Source: a virus
Virus record (IMG/VR): IMGVR_UViG_2799112916_000002
Length of the DNA stretch: 37,819 nt
Strand: one strand, 5' to 3'
In this document: positions 10,977-21,913 of the stretch, in pieces
Layout of the letters: the number at the start of each line of letters is the position of its first letter
Numbering within the stretch: position 1 is the first letter of the stretch
Translations under genes and position numbers: made by a program
Notes under the pieces: generated by a model
Told to the model about the DNA's origin: nothing
What the model saw: only the letters and a program-made list of their open reading frames with translations
Databases searched by the model: none

Positions 10977-11000
10977 AAAAATTCATAAAGGTGATAAATA

Positions 11001-11342
11001 ATGTCATGGGTAAATGTAGGAAACATAAAAGGAGATACAGGAGAGACAGGTGATGACGGATTCTCACCATACATCACTGTAGACAGAGCTCACGGATTTA
11101 TCGTCTTTGGCGATGAGGATTCAGAGCAGACCGTATACTTCTCAGACCTGAAAGGACCTAAAGGCGATACCGGAGCAACCGGCCCTGCAGGTCCAGTTAA
11201 TGTGACTTCAACTTTGGATACAGCTGACAATACCAATGTGGTTGTCAACAGTGCAATAGCTACAGCCATTCAAAACGTCAACAATCAGATAGGGACAATA
11301 ACAGCTGCACAATCAGCCAACTTAACATTACTTGGGAGCTGA
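11001..11342 (+). CDS. Short collagen-like fibre adaptor
   Basis: [17 protein letters not shown]; GFSPYITV...TVYFSDLKG motif shared with the 13305 product; helical C-terminus; RBS AAGGTG. Confidence 0.75.
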   Translation: MSWVNVGNIKGDTGETGDDGFSPYITVDRAHGFIVFGDEDSEQTVYFSDLKGPKGDTGATGPAGPVNVTSTLDTADNTNVVVNSAIATAIQNVNNQIGTITAAQSANLTLLGS

Positions 11343-11347
11343 TTGAC

Positions 11348-12208
11348 ATGGCCTTCACTCCTCCAGACCTTTCAGAAATCTTGACCAACGAACAGGAATT
11401 AAACAGCAGATTAATCTCATTAAGGACAATACTGCGAAACCAATGGACAGCAATAGGAGACAGCTATTCTACCAATGATTCAATAAATAAATTAGTCACT
11501 GACATGTCAAATCCCCTTCCTTTTGTTGTGAAAAGAAATTCTGAGTATAAGGAGGGCCAGCTCGGAACCAGAGTTGCAGTTACAGGATGTGACGTATATT
11601 CCTGGAACCAATACAATCCGGCAACATATAATGATAATGACTACTGGTATCTGCAATCCTTATCAAAGGCCAAAACCAGCAATACTGCCGTAGCATGGGG
11701 CCAATTCAATACCGGTTCTGTTTTACCAACAGATAAGTTTGATTTAGTCATGTATGGTAGAGATATGGAAAACTTCAACAACGGAGCTTTTTCAGGTGTA
11801 GGATTTACATACACTGTTCCAGCAGCAGAAACTGCATTTTCAGGATTGTTCATAGGAATCACATTGGATTCAGGAACCTATCATCCGGCATATGCAATAT
11901 TCAACAACAGCACCACTCCAACATCAATTGTTAAAATGGATTATGGAACATATCCGTCAGCATCAACTGAATTCAGATTGCTGCTTCAAAACGATCCGGA
12001 TGGTGATTGGCTGAAGCTCTCATGGTATAAGGGAGATGGGGGTGAATTTCTATGGAATGACTTCATAGACTATTCTGATTTGCCTTCCGGTTTTAGTCAG
12101 GTGGAAAATCTTGTATTCGGTAATGTATGTTATGGAACTGGGCTTGGAAGGATGTCTTATGTTCCAAGGTTATGTTTTGCATCCCCATGCAGGTTCAATA
12201 TTTTATAG
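11348..12208 (+). CDS. Putative fibre tip/receptor-binding protein
   Basis: Helical N-terminus with YSTNDSINKL, then aromatic beta-rich domain; within the fibre cluster. Confidence 0.45.
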   Translation: MAFTPPDLSEILTNEQELNSRLISLRTILRNQWTAIGDSYSTNDSINKLVTDMSNPLPFVVKRNSEYKEGQLGTRVAVTGCDVYSWNQYNPATYNDNDYWYLQSLSKAKTSNTAVAWGQFNTGSVLPTDKFDLVMYGRDMENFNNGAFSGVGFTYTVPAAETAFSGLFIGITLDSGTYHPAYAIFNNSTTPTSIVKMDYGTYPSASTEFRLLLQNDPDGDWLKLSWYKGDGGEFLWNDFIDYSDLPSGFSQVENLVFGNVCYGTGLGRMSYVPRLCFASPCRFNIL

Positions 12209-12220
12209 GAGGTAATGTTA

Positions 12221-13303
12221 ATGTCAATTGCAGGAAATGTGGTGGATACAAATAACAAATTAGCTATTGTAAGGAATAACTTGAAAGCATTATTGGAAGA
12301 ACACGGAATCGTATATTACAGCACTGATGACATATTCACATTGGCAAGAAGAGCGTGGTTTCTGGTATATCCTACAAACGGTGCACAGGGCGGAAGCTAT
12401 TCCACAGATGCGGTTGTGGGACAGCCAATCAATTTCAATGTGACTATGAGAGGAGATGATGACAACGATTTGCCGGACGGTTCCGTTGCGGATTTTTTCG
12501 TAAGTGTCAACGGAGGTGGTGAGATTCATCTTATAGGCAAATCTCTAAACGGGGAGGCAAGCTGCCCGTTTGTTCCTCAAAATTCCGGAGATGTCCTGCA
12601 TGTTAGAAGTATGGTCAATGACTGGGCAGGTGTTAATACGGACATTGATGTTTATGCATTCAGATATGAGGACGGATGGGAAGTGAACACTGATGATTAC
12701 ACATTAGTCAAATATCCGACTTCAGCTACCGTTAATGTCATTGAGGTTGATGAATTCAACAGTGATTATGACTATGCAAACGGCATTGAGGTTTCAAAGA
12801 CATACGGAGCACCGCAGGCAGCATACATTATTCCAACAATATTGCTTGATGGAGTTGACTTGTCTGATACCGGAATTCATTTTTCGGCAGTTGTAAGTCC
12901 TATGTATTCATCTTCAAGCGGATGGGCTTGCGGAATATGTCTCTTGAATTCCAAAACCTTAACTCATTGCCGTGACAATAAGATTCTGGAATTGGGTGCA
13001 TATCCAGGCAAAAAAGGATTGAAATATTCAGGAACAGACCATACAATAACGGAAATAAATACAACATCCGGACAGCTGACAATAAACGGAGCTTTCAGAT
13101 TCGACTTGTGGTACGATGGTAGCTATGTTAAAGCTGTAATTGAGCATTACTGGAACGGTACTGTTTATTACAGTTATGAAAGTTCATCTTTACCTTCAGC
13201 AATAGCTGATATGGATACTGTCTTTCCTGCATTCATGATTTATGACTACGGCGGAAAAATAAGATTCAGGGACACATTAATTGAACCATGGAGCAGTGAT
13301 TAA
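12221..13303 (+). CDS. Putative fibre tip/receptor-binding protein (Ig-like plus lectin-like domains possible)
   Basis: Helical N-terminus with YSTDDIFTL resembling the 11348 product; beta-rich remainder; GGAGGT upstream of ATG 12221. Confidence 0.45.
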   Translation: MSIAGNVVDTNNKLAIVRNNLKALLEEHGIVYYSTDDIFTLARRAWFLVYPTNGAQGGSYSTDAVVGQPINFNVTMRGDDDNDLPDGSVADFFVSVNGGGEIHLIGKSLNGEASCPFVPQNSGDVLHVRSMVNDWAGVNTDIDVYAFRYEDGWEVNTDDYTLVKYPTSATVNVIEVDEFNSDYDYANGIEVSKTYGAPQAAYIIPTILLDGVDLSDTGIHFSAVVSPMYSSSSGWACGICLLNSKTLTHCRDNKILELGAYPGKKGLKYSGTDHTITEINTTSGQLTINGAFRFDLWYDGSYVKAVIEHYWNGTVYYSYESSSLPSAIADMDTVFPAFMIYDYGGKIRFRDTLIEPWSSD

Positions 13304-13304
13304 G

Positions 13305-14486
<1,182 letters not shown>

Positions 14487-14521
14487 ATTACTAACAAGTG
14501 AATGTATAAGGAATTGAAATT

Positions 14522-14779
14522 ATGGATGAAAACATAGTGGATGATATTATAAATTTCTTTGAGAGATTTGGTGCGTCTAATGAATTGAGTAAAAGGAATT
14601 TTGATACTGGAGATTTCTTTTCAGAAGAGTATTGTAATTTTATTTTAGATCTTGGAAAAAAATATGGATTATATGATGAAGTTGAAGAAGCAAAAGATGT
14701 CAATTATATTCTAAATTTAGAAGATGATTTATCGGACTTTTTTAGAAAAAAACTTATCACAGCATTCAATGTTGAATAA
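14522..14779 (+). CDS. Small acidic hypothetical protein
   Basis: 85-aa ORF immediately upstream of the wHTH gene; no motif recognised. Confidence 0.5.
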   Translation: MDENIVDDIINFFERFGASNELSKRNFDTGDFFSEEYCNFILDLGKKYGLYDEVEEAKDVNYILNLEDDLSDFFRKKLITAFNVE

Positions 14780-14791
14780 ATATGGGATAGT

Positions 14792-15058
14792 ATGGAATTT
14801 TCAGATGAAATGTTAAAAGAAATGAGTTATGTAAAGATTTCTAAGTACAGAACTAAAGTAATGAAATCTTTAGTGGGTGAAGTTAAAATACCGACTGTCA
14901 TTGCTAAAGATTCAGAAATTAGACCAAATCATATTTCAAAAGTTCTAGCGGAATTAAAAGCACATGAACTTGTTGAATGCATCAATCCGGAAGTTAGAAA
15001 AGGTAGATTGTATAGGTTGACTGATAAAGGCGACGAGTTAGTTAAAAACATTGATTAA
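14792..15058 (+). CDS. Winged-helix (MarR/ArsR-like) DNA-binding protein
   Basis: KIPTVIAKDSEIRPNHISKVLAELKAHELV...KGRLYRLTDKG. Confidence 0.85.
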   Translation: MEFSDEMLKEMSYVKISKYRTKVMKSLVGEVKIPTVIAKDSEIRPNHISKVLAELKAHELVECINPEVRKGRLYRLTDKGDELVKNID

Positions 15059-15095
15059 TTTCTTTTTTAATACCTCATTTATAGAAGGGATGTAT

Positions 15096-15518
15096 ATGGT
15101 AGACAAATTTAGCAAGGAGACTCGTAGTTATGTCATGTCACGGATTAAGGGCAAAGACACCAAACCTGAAATTCTTGTTCGTAGCTATCTGTTTTCGAAA
15201 GGTCTGAGATTCCGAAAAAATGACAAAAGATATCCTGGCAGTCCTGATGTTGTACTTCCAAAATACAGGACAATTGTATTTGTTCATGGATGTTTCTGGC
15301 ATCTCCATGATGGATGCAAATATGCAAAAATGCCAAAATCCAATGTTGATTACTGGGAGAAGAAACTTTACAGAAACAGGGAACGTGATGAACACAATCA
15401 GAAAGAACTTGAAGAAATGGGTTGGAATGTCATCACTGTGTGGGAGTGCGAATTGAAAAAAGACAAACGTGATCAGACGCTTGAGGAATTATATGTCCAA
15501 ATAACCTCTAAAAACTGA
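15096..15518 (+). CDS. vsr: Very short patch repair endonuclease
   Basis: MSRIKGKDTKPE, LPG-type YPGSPDVV, IVFVHGCFWHLH, NRERD, VITVWEC; start moved to ATG 15096 after GAAGGGA. Confidence 0.95.
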   Translation: MVDKFSKETRSYVMSRIKGKDTKPEILVRSYLFSKGLRFRKNDKRYPGSPDVVLPKYRTIVFVHGCFWHLHDGCKYAKMPKSNVDYWEKKLYRNRERDEHNQKELEEMGWNVITVWECELKKDKRDQTLEELYVQITSKN

Positions 15519-15846
15519 GATACTGAATTTCACTATCTTTAGTAATGTAGACATTTACATTTGAAATGATATCTTCTTTTCAAGCATATTTTAAATCTTT
15601 AACATTTATTAAATTCGGTGGAGACCATATAAACATGACAAATTTATCACATAATTTAAACGAGTTGTTACCATAATTCCAAAATTATTTATACCATAAC
15701 TTATATTATTTTAAATAAGAAAGTTTTTTTATTTTCAATAATATTTTAAAGGATACTTTCATCTGGTTTTCATATTCTTTATAATATTCTGAAACTTTCA
15801 AGGCAAAACCATATGTCAAGTTTAAAGAAACTTAGGAGACATTAAA

Positions 15847-17454
15847 ATGAATGCGAAAAGTACAAAAATTAATGAATTCTTCCAAGGAAGAAAACAACAT
15901 ATAATACCTATACATCAAAGAAAGTATAGTTGGACTAAGAACGAAGAATGTAAACAGCTTTTTGACGATATATTGACCAGTGGCCAAACACCATTAGAAT
16001 ACAACGAAAAAATGGGCGAATATGAAGAAATCCCACATTATCTTGGAGCTATTGTATACAAAGATATAAGTAAAAGTGGTGAATCTTTAATTAAAAGAGT
16101 TGTCGAAGATGGACAGCAAAGAATTACTACATTAACCTTATTAGTATTGGCTATGGTAGAAAATATTAAAAAGCATCCTAAAGCTTGTGCAATTAAAGAT
16201 ATTAATAATGTTGATCAATTACTTGAAGACTATGTTATTAATCCTTACTCAAAAGGAGAGGAATATTATAAATTAATTCTTAATGAGAGTGATAAAAACG
16301 ATCTTAAAGAATTAATTGATATGATTGTTTCTGGCGAAAGTATTGATTCAAAAAAGATTAAAATGCATAATACAAGCAATATTTTTGCTAATTTTAATTT
16401 CTTTAGATCTAAAATTAATAAAAATAATATTAATGATTTATATCAGGGGTTACTTAGATTACAAATAATTGAAATTTATCTAGAAAGATATGATATTGAC
16501 CAAGTAATTTATGAAACTTTAAATTCAACTGGAAAATCTTTAAGTATTGTGGATCGTGTTAGAAATTATTTGTTAATGGGGTTACCTCCTGAAGAGCAAA
16601 CTGAATTATATGAACATTATTGGAGGAGTATGGAAATATTATTTGAAGAGTATAATCCAATATACTTTGATAGGTTCATAAGATATTATTGCATCATGAA
16701 ACTTAAAAGGGGCGTAAAAACTGTTAATGTTTATAGGGATTTCAAAAAACTCACAAATAACTATAAAGATGCCACTTTGATTGTTAAGGAATTATATAAA
16801 TATGCTAAATATTTTATTAATATTCATTTTGATGAAGAAGATGAAGAAGATTTAAAATATTTATTTAAAGATTTTAGTGAATCCAATCCGATGGAATTTT
16901 CACCATTCCTTTTGAAAATATATGCTGCATATGAAGATGGAAAAATTTCAAAAGAAGAATTTGTTAATGTTATTAAATTATTAGATTCTTACCTTATGAG
17001 AAGGGGCCTTTGTGGTTTAAGTGGAAATACAGGTTCTGATGGTACCGTTGTTAGGATAATGAGGGTTGTAGACATAGATGATCTTGTGAATTCTTTTTCC
17101 GAGTTCCTTTTAAGTATTAAAGGAAATTTAAGATTCCTATCAGATGAAACAGTCAGGGAAACACTTATGAATAAGGATTTCTGTTTATTTAAAAGAAATA
17201 GATTCGTATTAAATAAATTGGCTAATGATGGTAAAAATACTCATGTTGATTTTTCTGATTTGAAAATTGTTAGGCTTAAAGTTGATTCTGATATCGATGA
17301 GATGTATCTAACTAAAATTGGTAATTTAACTCTTGAAGAAATAGATTTGTGCATGGATGTTGATGCGGAATCTGATGAAGAGTTTATTGATAAAAGAAGC
17401 GAGTTGCTTATCGATAAAATTATTGATATATGGAGTTTTCCAACTTTATCTTAA
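15847..17454 (+). CDS. DUF262 (GmrSD-like) protein with degenerate DUF1524-like C-terminus
   Basis: IIPIHQRKYSW, HYLGAIV, EDGQQRITTL, IYETLNSTGKSLS, VRNYLL; C-terminus keeps IGNLTL but lacks the EHxxP and following Asn motifs. Confidence 0.85.
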   Translation: MNAKSTKINEFFQGRKQHIIPIHQRKYSWTKNEECKQLFDDILTSGQTPLEYNEKMGEYEEIPHYLGAIVYKDISKSGESLIKRVVEDGQQRITTLTLLVLAMVENIKKHPKACAIKDINNVDQLLEDYVINPYSKGEEYYKLILNESDKNDLKELIDMIVSGESIDSKKIKMHNTSNIFANFNFFRSKINKNNINDLYQGLLRLQIIEIYLERYDIDQVIYETLNSTGKSLSIVDRVRNYLLMGLPPEEQTELYEHYWRSMEILFEEYNPIYFDRFIRYYCIMKLKRGVKTVNVYRDFKKLTNNYKDATLIVKELYKYAKYFINIHFDEEDEEDLKYLFKDFSESNPMEFSPFLLKIYAAYEDGKISKEEFVNVIKLLDSYLMRRGLCGLSGNTGSDGTVVRIMRVVDIDDLVNSFSEFLLSIKGNLRFLSDETVRETLMNKDFCLFKRNRFVLNKLANDGKNTHVDFSDLKIVRLKVDSDIDEMYLTKIGNLTLEEIDLCMDVDAESDEEFIDKRSELLIDKIIDIWSFPTLS

Positions 17455-17671
17455 ATAAATTTATTATTGGTTAATATTTGATTATTTAATCATAATATTA
17501 TCTTCTTTTTTTTGTTTGATACAATGACTTTTCTTTTGTCCACATATAGTATGTCTATTGGCAGGTAATGATTATTGGGGTTTGAATAATTATTTAACTT
17601 TATTTTTAACAAAACATTTATATACTTCAAAAACATAATATACTCTAATTAAACTCAAAAGTGGTGCAAAT

Positions 17672-17845
17672 ATGAGTAAAAGAATACAAGTTAATTTCAC
17701 TGATGAACAGTATGACCTTCTTCAAAAGCTCAAGGGAGAGCTTGGAAGTAGCGATTCAGATGTTGTAAAAAATATAACTATATCTTGGCTTACAGAAAAG
17801 TCATTCATATCAACAACATTAAAAGAAAAATTATTTGGAGAATAA
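17672..17845 (+). CDS. CopG/ribbon-helix-helix regulator (57 aa, below the ORF-track cutoff)
   Basis: Translated by hand: MSKRIQVNFTDEQYDLLQKLKGELGSSDSDVVKNITISWLTEKSFISTTLKEKLFGE; RBS GTGGTG; ends 3 bp before the MTase ATG. Confidence 0.8.
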   Translation: MSKRIQVNFTDEQYDLLQKLKGELGSSDSDVVKNITISWLTEKSFISTTLKEKLFGE

Positions 17846-17848
17846 ACC

Positions 17849-19141
17849 ATGAAAAAGAAAATGATTAGTTTATTTACAGGTGCTGGGGGTCTTGATTGGG
17901 GATTTCACAACAGCAATAATTATGAACTTGTAATAGCTAATGAAATCTTAAAACCTCACCTGAAAACATATGCAGACAATCATAAGATAAAATTGATTGA
18001 CATTAAAGAGTATAACAATGATGATGACGTAGCTGTTTGTGGAGATATACATGAATTAAGCGTTCCATTAAAAACAGACATCATCATGGGAGGTCCGCCA
18101 TGCCAGGACTTTTCTGTTTTAAGGGGCAGTGACAACAGGGCAGGTTTCACTGTTAGACGTGGAAAATTATATGAGCAATATCTAAGAATTATAGAATCAA
18201 CCAATCCAGATGTGTTTGTTTTTGAGAACGTCGTTGGAATGGTTTCAGCCAATAAAGGTGCAGCTTATGAAGCCATCCAAGATGACTTTAAAGATGCAGG
18301 ATATGATTTAGTTTTTAATGATATTTTAAACATGTCAAATATAGGAGTTCCACAAGCTAGAAAAAGATTAATCATAATAGGCATTAATAAAAAGCTTAAA
18401 ATCGATGAAAATAAAGCTAAAGATATAATTAATAAATATCTCTGCAATCCTATTCTTGAAAAATATCCATTAGTCCCATTAGAAGTATTCGAGGGTAAAA
18501 TATTAACTGACCTTCAGGATTCTTATGTTAGTATAATGAAGAAGTATTCTGATTGCATGAATGGCATCGATAATGAATATTCAGAAAAATGGAAAAGCGA
18601 ATATGAATCTTTAACTTTTGATATAAAAGAGGATTATTTGACTAATAACAATGTTCAAGATTATGATGATGCAGAATTTGATCATGCCATGAAAGAACAT
18701 GAAAATATACTTAAGATATTGGGCTATTATGGCAGAAAAGTTGATGAACAAACATTTATTGATGATACCAACAATAGGGGACGTAAAAATAGGAAAGTTA
18801 CAGAAAGGATGCACCACATCCCTCCGTATTATAATTTTAAGGCTGTTGACAATACTGAATGGAAAGTCAAAGGTTTAATGAGCAATATTTATAAAAGAAT
18901 TCATCCATTAAAACCTTCCCCAACGGTGATTGCCTATGGTGGGGGAGGAACTGGAGGTTATCATTATGAATATGATAGGCAGGGGTTAACTAATCGTGAA
19001 AGAGCCAGATTGCAGACATTCCCTGATAATTATATATTTAATGGTAAAACTACGGAGATTAGGGCTCAAATTGGAGAAGCAGTTCCTCCATTGGCCAGTT
19101 ATTGGATTGAAAAAGTTGTTCATGATATTTTGAATTTATAG
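17849..19141 (+). CDS. dcm: DNA (cytosine-5)-methyltransferase (dcm is a family-level label; specificity unknown)
   Basis: Motif I LFTGAGG, IV GGPPCQDFS, VI FENV, VIII PQARKR, IX RERARLQTFP, X QIGEAVPP. Confidence 0.95.
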   Translation: MKKKMISLFTGAGGLDWGFHNSNNYELVIANEILKPHLKTYADNHKIKLIDIKEYNNDDDVAVCGDIHELSVPLKTDIIMGGPPCQDFSVLRGSDNRAGFTVRRGKLYEQYLRIIESTNPDVFVFENVVGMVSANKGAAYEAIQDDFKDAGYDLVFNDILNMSNIGVPQARKRLIIIGINKKLKIDENKAKDIINKYLCNPILEKYPLVPLEVFEGKILTDLQDSYVSIMKKYSDCMNGIDNEYSEKWKSEYESLTFDIKEDYLTNNNVQDYDDAEFDHAMKEHENILKILGYYGRKVDEQTFIDDTNNRGRKNRKVTERMHHIPPYYNFKAVDNTEWKVKGLMSNIYKRIHPLKPSPTVIAYGGGGTGGYHYEYDRQGLTNRERARLQTFPDNYIFNGKTTEIRAQIGEAVPPLASYWIEKVVHDILNL

Positions 19142-19220
19142 CATACCATACAAATTTGAAGAAGTCTTAGTCGAAATAATTATATTAATCTTTTAATTAT
19201 ATCTATAATTAGTGTTTATT

Positions 19221-20297
19221 ATGGGTGGAAATATTAAAAAGATTAAAGTCGACTTAACTGATGACTTTCTTAAAAAGGCAATATATTGGATTATTTGTAA
19301 GTATGATATGGATGAATTTAAAAGAGAACAGTCTTCCTCAAAAAGAGCTTTATTGGGCGGTTTCATTGACCGTTGGATGAATAAAGCTCCAGAATTTTTA
19401 ATTTTCGATGAACTGCTGAAAGATAAAAATTATTCAGCAGTCAATGATACTTTTTTTTACACTAAGGGGGAATCAAAAAACGCTCCGGACATTTTGGGAT
19501 TGATAGATAGTAATGGAAAACAATATCCATTTGCACGGTTCAAAGACAACAAATGGGAAGTTGTTGAGGGAACACCATTCATTGAAATGAAAACATTTCG
19601 TAGCGACCAAAGTTTAGTCACTATCCCATATACTCAATTCGATGATGATCATTATTATGCAATTGTCGAATCTCATCTTGAAGAAGATTATTTGCTTTCA
19701 CTTTTTGATGATGAATTATTTGAGAATGACGAATATTACAATTCCATAACCAGTTTGAAAGAAGATGAATTTATTATTTCAAATGACGAAGGCATTATTA
19801 AAAAGCCAGATAAATTAACTAAAAATGATGTGTTGGGTTATTATAATCTGTTTGGAATCTATAGAGGTATTGATTTGAGGAAATATTCTCAGATTGTTGA
19901 ACAGGGTGACAATCCAATGTATTTTTCTGAAGAAACAGAACCTCCATCCAGATTTAATAGTAAAAAGATAGTCAATCCTCCAATCAGATTAACAACGGGA
20001 ATTTATTATTTTAATGATGATGAAAATAATATTCCAGTCGATATTAAAGTATTTGAAGGTGGGGAATTATTAATCAAACATAAAATTAAAAGTGCATTGG
20101 ATGTTGAAGTAAATGGACATGTTGAGGTTGACGGCATTAAGTTAAGTCAAGGCATGAGGCGTTTAGCATTTAAAAATTTCGAAAAAAATGGTAGCATCAA
20201 AGAAATCGCAATGACAAAAACAATCTTGGAATGTTACAATGAAGAGATTTCAGCTATTGATGAATTAATACTTGAATTTGAAAGCATTGTAGAATAG
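19221..20297 (+). CDS. Putative PD-(D/E)xK restriction endonuclease
   Basis: APDILG...FIEMKT candidate active site; directly downstream of the C5 MTase. Confidence 0.55.
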   Translation: MGGNIKKIKVDLTDDFLKKAIYWIICKYDMDEFKREQSSSKRALLGGFIDRWMNKAPEFLIFDELLKDKNYSAVNDTFFYTKGESKNAPDILGLIDSNGKQYPFARFKDNKWEVVEGTPFIEMKTFRSDQSLVTIPYTQFDDDHYYAIVESHLEEDYLLSLFDDELFENDEYYNSITSLKEDEFIISNDEGIIKKPDKLTKNDVLGYYNLFGIYRGIDLRKYSQIVEQGDNPMYFSEETEPPSRFNSKKIVNPPIRLTTGIYYFNDDENNIPVDIKVFEGGELLIKHKIKSALDVEVNGHVEVDGIKLSQGMRRLAFKNFEKNGSIKEIAMTKTILECYNEEISAIDELILEFESIVE

Positions 20298-20308
20298 ATA
20301 TTATTAAT

Positions 20309-21067
20309 TTAAATTTCTTCATTAATTTTTTCTAAATCGAGAATGTCATGCATATCTGCTATATGACAATAGTAATTCTGTGCATCCATTCTTGTTTTTC
20401 CATTAAGCAGATCTCCCCTATTGATGATGAATTTATTATTGATCAGATATTTTAAATCATCATGGGTCAAGTATCCTGGAATGTCAAATGCCCAGCTATT
20501 GCTTTTAAATTTATCCCATAATTTTGCTTTATCACAGATCTGTGAATAATATAGTCTGTTTCTTTTCATAGTTTGTTCGATTTCATCTTCTAAACGAACC
20601 ATTATTGTAATGTCATAATGTTCGTTATTATTGGGAATGTATTTTGCATCTAAAGTCCAATCTTTAGTTTCTAGTAATAATAATTGTCCAAAGTACTTTG
20701 TGGATTTAATGGAAGTTATTAAATCATCAATTTTAAAATCGTACTTGTCCCATTTTCCTAATTCGTAAACTTCCAAATCAGGTTCGTTGATGTCATGAGT
20801 TTCATTTAATGTTTGATAAACAGCAAATTCACATAATTTTCCTTGAAATGTATTTGCAAATATTTCACCATTTTTTCTTCTGTGTCTACCTCCGCTTCTG
20901 TAGGCTCTGTGCTGTCCTTTACTGCCGAAAGTCATAGAATAAGCAAATTCAAATGATTTCTTAACATATTCATCTTTAATTTGTCCCATTTCATCAAAAT
21001 ACTTCTTTACAGAAATATATTTAATTTTTGGATTGTCTTTATCAACTTCCAATCTATTGAACTTCAT
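20309..21067 (-). CDS. Putative PD-(D/E)xK endonuclease
   Basis: QGKLCEFAV...KYDFKI...SIKST pattern; convergent with 19221-20297. Confidence 0.55.
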   Translation of the reverse strand: MKFNRLEVDKDNPKIKYISVKKYFDEMGQIKDEYVKKSFEFAYSMTFGSKGQHRAYRSGGRHRRKNGEIFANTFQGKLCEFAVYQTLNETHDINEPDLEVYELGKWDKYDFKIDDLITSIKSTKYFGQLLLLETKDWTLDAKYIPNNNEHYDITIMVRLEDEIEQTMKRNRLYYSQICDKAKLWDKFKSNSWAFDIPGYLTHDDLKYLINNKFIINRGDLLNGKTRMDAQNYYCHIADMHDILDLEKINEEI

Positions 21068-21229
21068 TGCATATAATTTTATATTTTATAATTAAAATAG
21101 CTACTTTATTTCATGTACATTGCAATATTGATTTAATCGTGTAAAATTACAAGTTGAAAGCAATAATGCATTGGACTTATATCAAAAAGCTTTTATAGGT
21201 CTTTATTCAATTAATAATTAGTGATTATT

Positions 21230-21631
21230 ATGAATAAAGAAAAAATAAGAACATATGATGAACTTGAAGATGATGAAAAAGAAGTTCTTGATAGTTTCAG
21301 GAAAATGAAGCTAATGTATGATCATGCCAGATTCAAATTGCATAGACTTCATGTTGAAGATCTAATTAATGATTATGGGCAGCTAAAGAAATTACGTGAA
21401 GAAATTCAAGTCAAATACTTTTCAATTTATGAAGAGTTGCTGGCTGAAGATTTAATCGAAGGTGAACTTGATGCAAGTGTTTGGGGAATTACTCGTGAGC
21501 ATGAAAATGAGGTCTGGGATTCCGAAATCAGACTGATGAGCGACATCAAAACCGATTTTGACATTGCCATTGCCATGATTGAAAGTGGCGAAGCCGAGCA
21601 GGCAATCATTGACGATGAAAACAATTTATAG
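21230..21631 (+). CDS. Acidic helical hypothetical protein
   Basis: ORF with GTGATTATT before ATG 21230; no motif recognised. Confidence 0.6.
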   Translation: MNKEKIRTYDELEDDEKEVLDSFRKMKLMYDHARFKLHRLHVEDLINDYGQLKKLREEIQVKYFSIYEELLAEDLIEGELDASVWGITREHENEVWDSEIRLMSDIKTDFDIAIAMIESGEAEQAIIDDENNL

Positions 21632-21829
21632 TATAATCAACATATATTGTAGTGGAGACGGAATCATTATTGGCTGTTTTTTATAGAAATGGGCCGATTT
21701 AATTTCAAAATTAAACCTCAACAATATTAGTTTGTTTTCCGAGCTCATTTCTGTTCTATCTCCATGTATTCTCTTTTTTCAAAATCCTAACCATCAATGT
21801 CACTCCTCACTTAACTTTAAAAAAAGTAG

Positions 21830-21895
21830 CTATAATATATAAATCTTTATATATTATAAGTAATAAATTATATAATAAAATATATAATAAATTAA
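21830..21895 (+). promoter_or_regulatory. AT-rich promoter with repeated TATAATAAA units upstream of the decoration-capsid operon
   Basis: Shares exact 18-22 nt strings with the 2641 and 8016 regions. Confidence 0.5.
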
Positions 21896-21913
21896 GTGGA
21901 GGACATTAACAAA

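Noticed and set aside
17849-19141. Inferring the MTase target from site avoidance
   Set aside because: GGCC, CCGG and GATC all occur in the window, and a proper k-mer count could not be done by eye.
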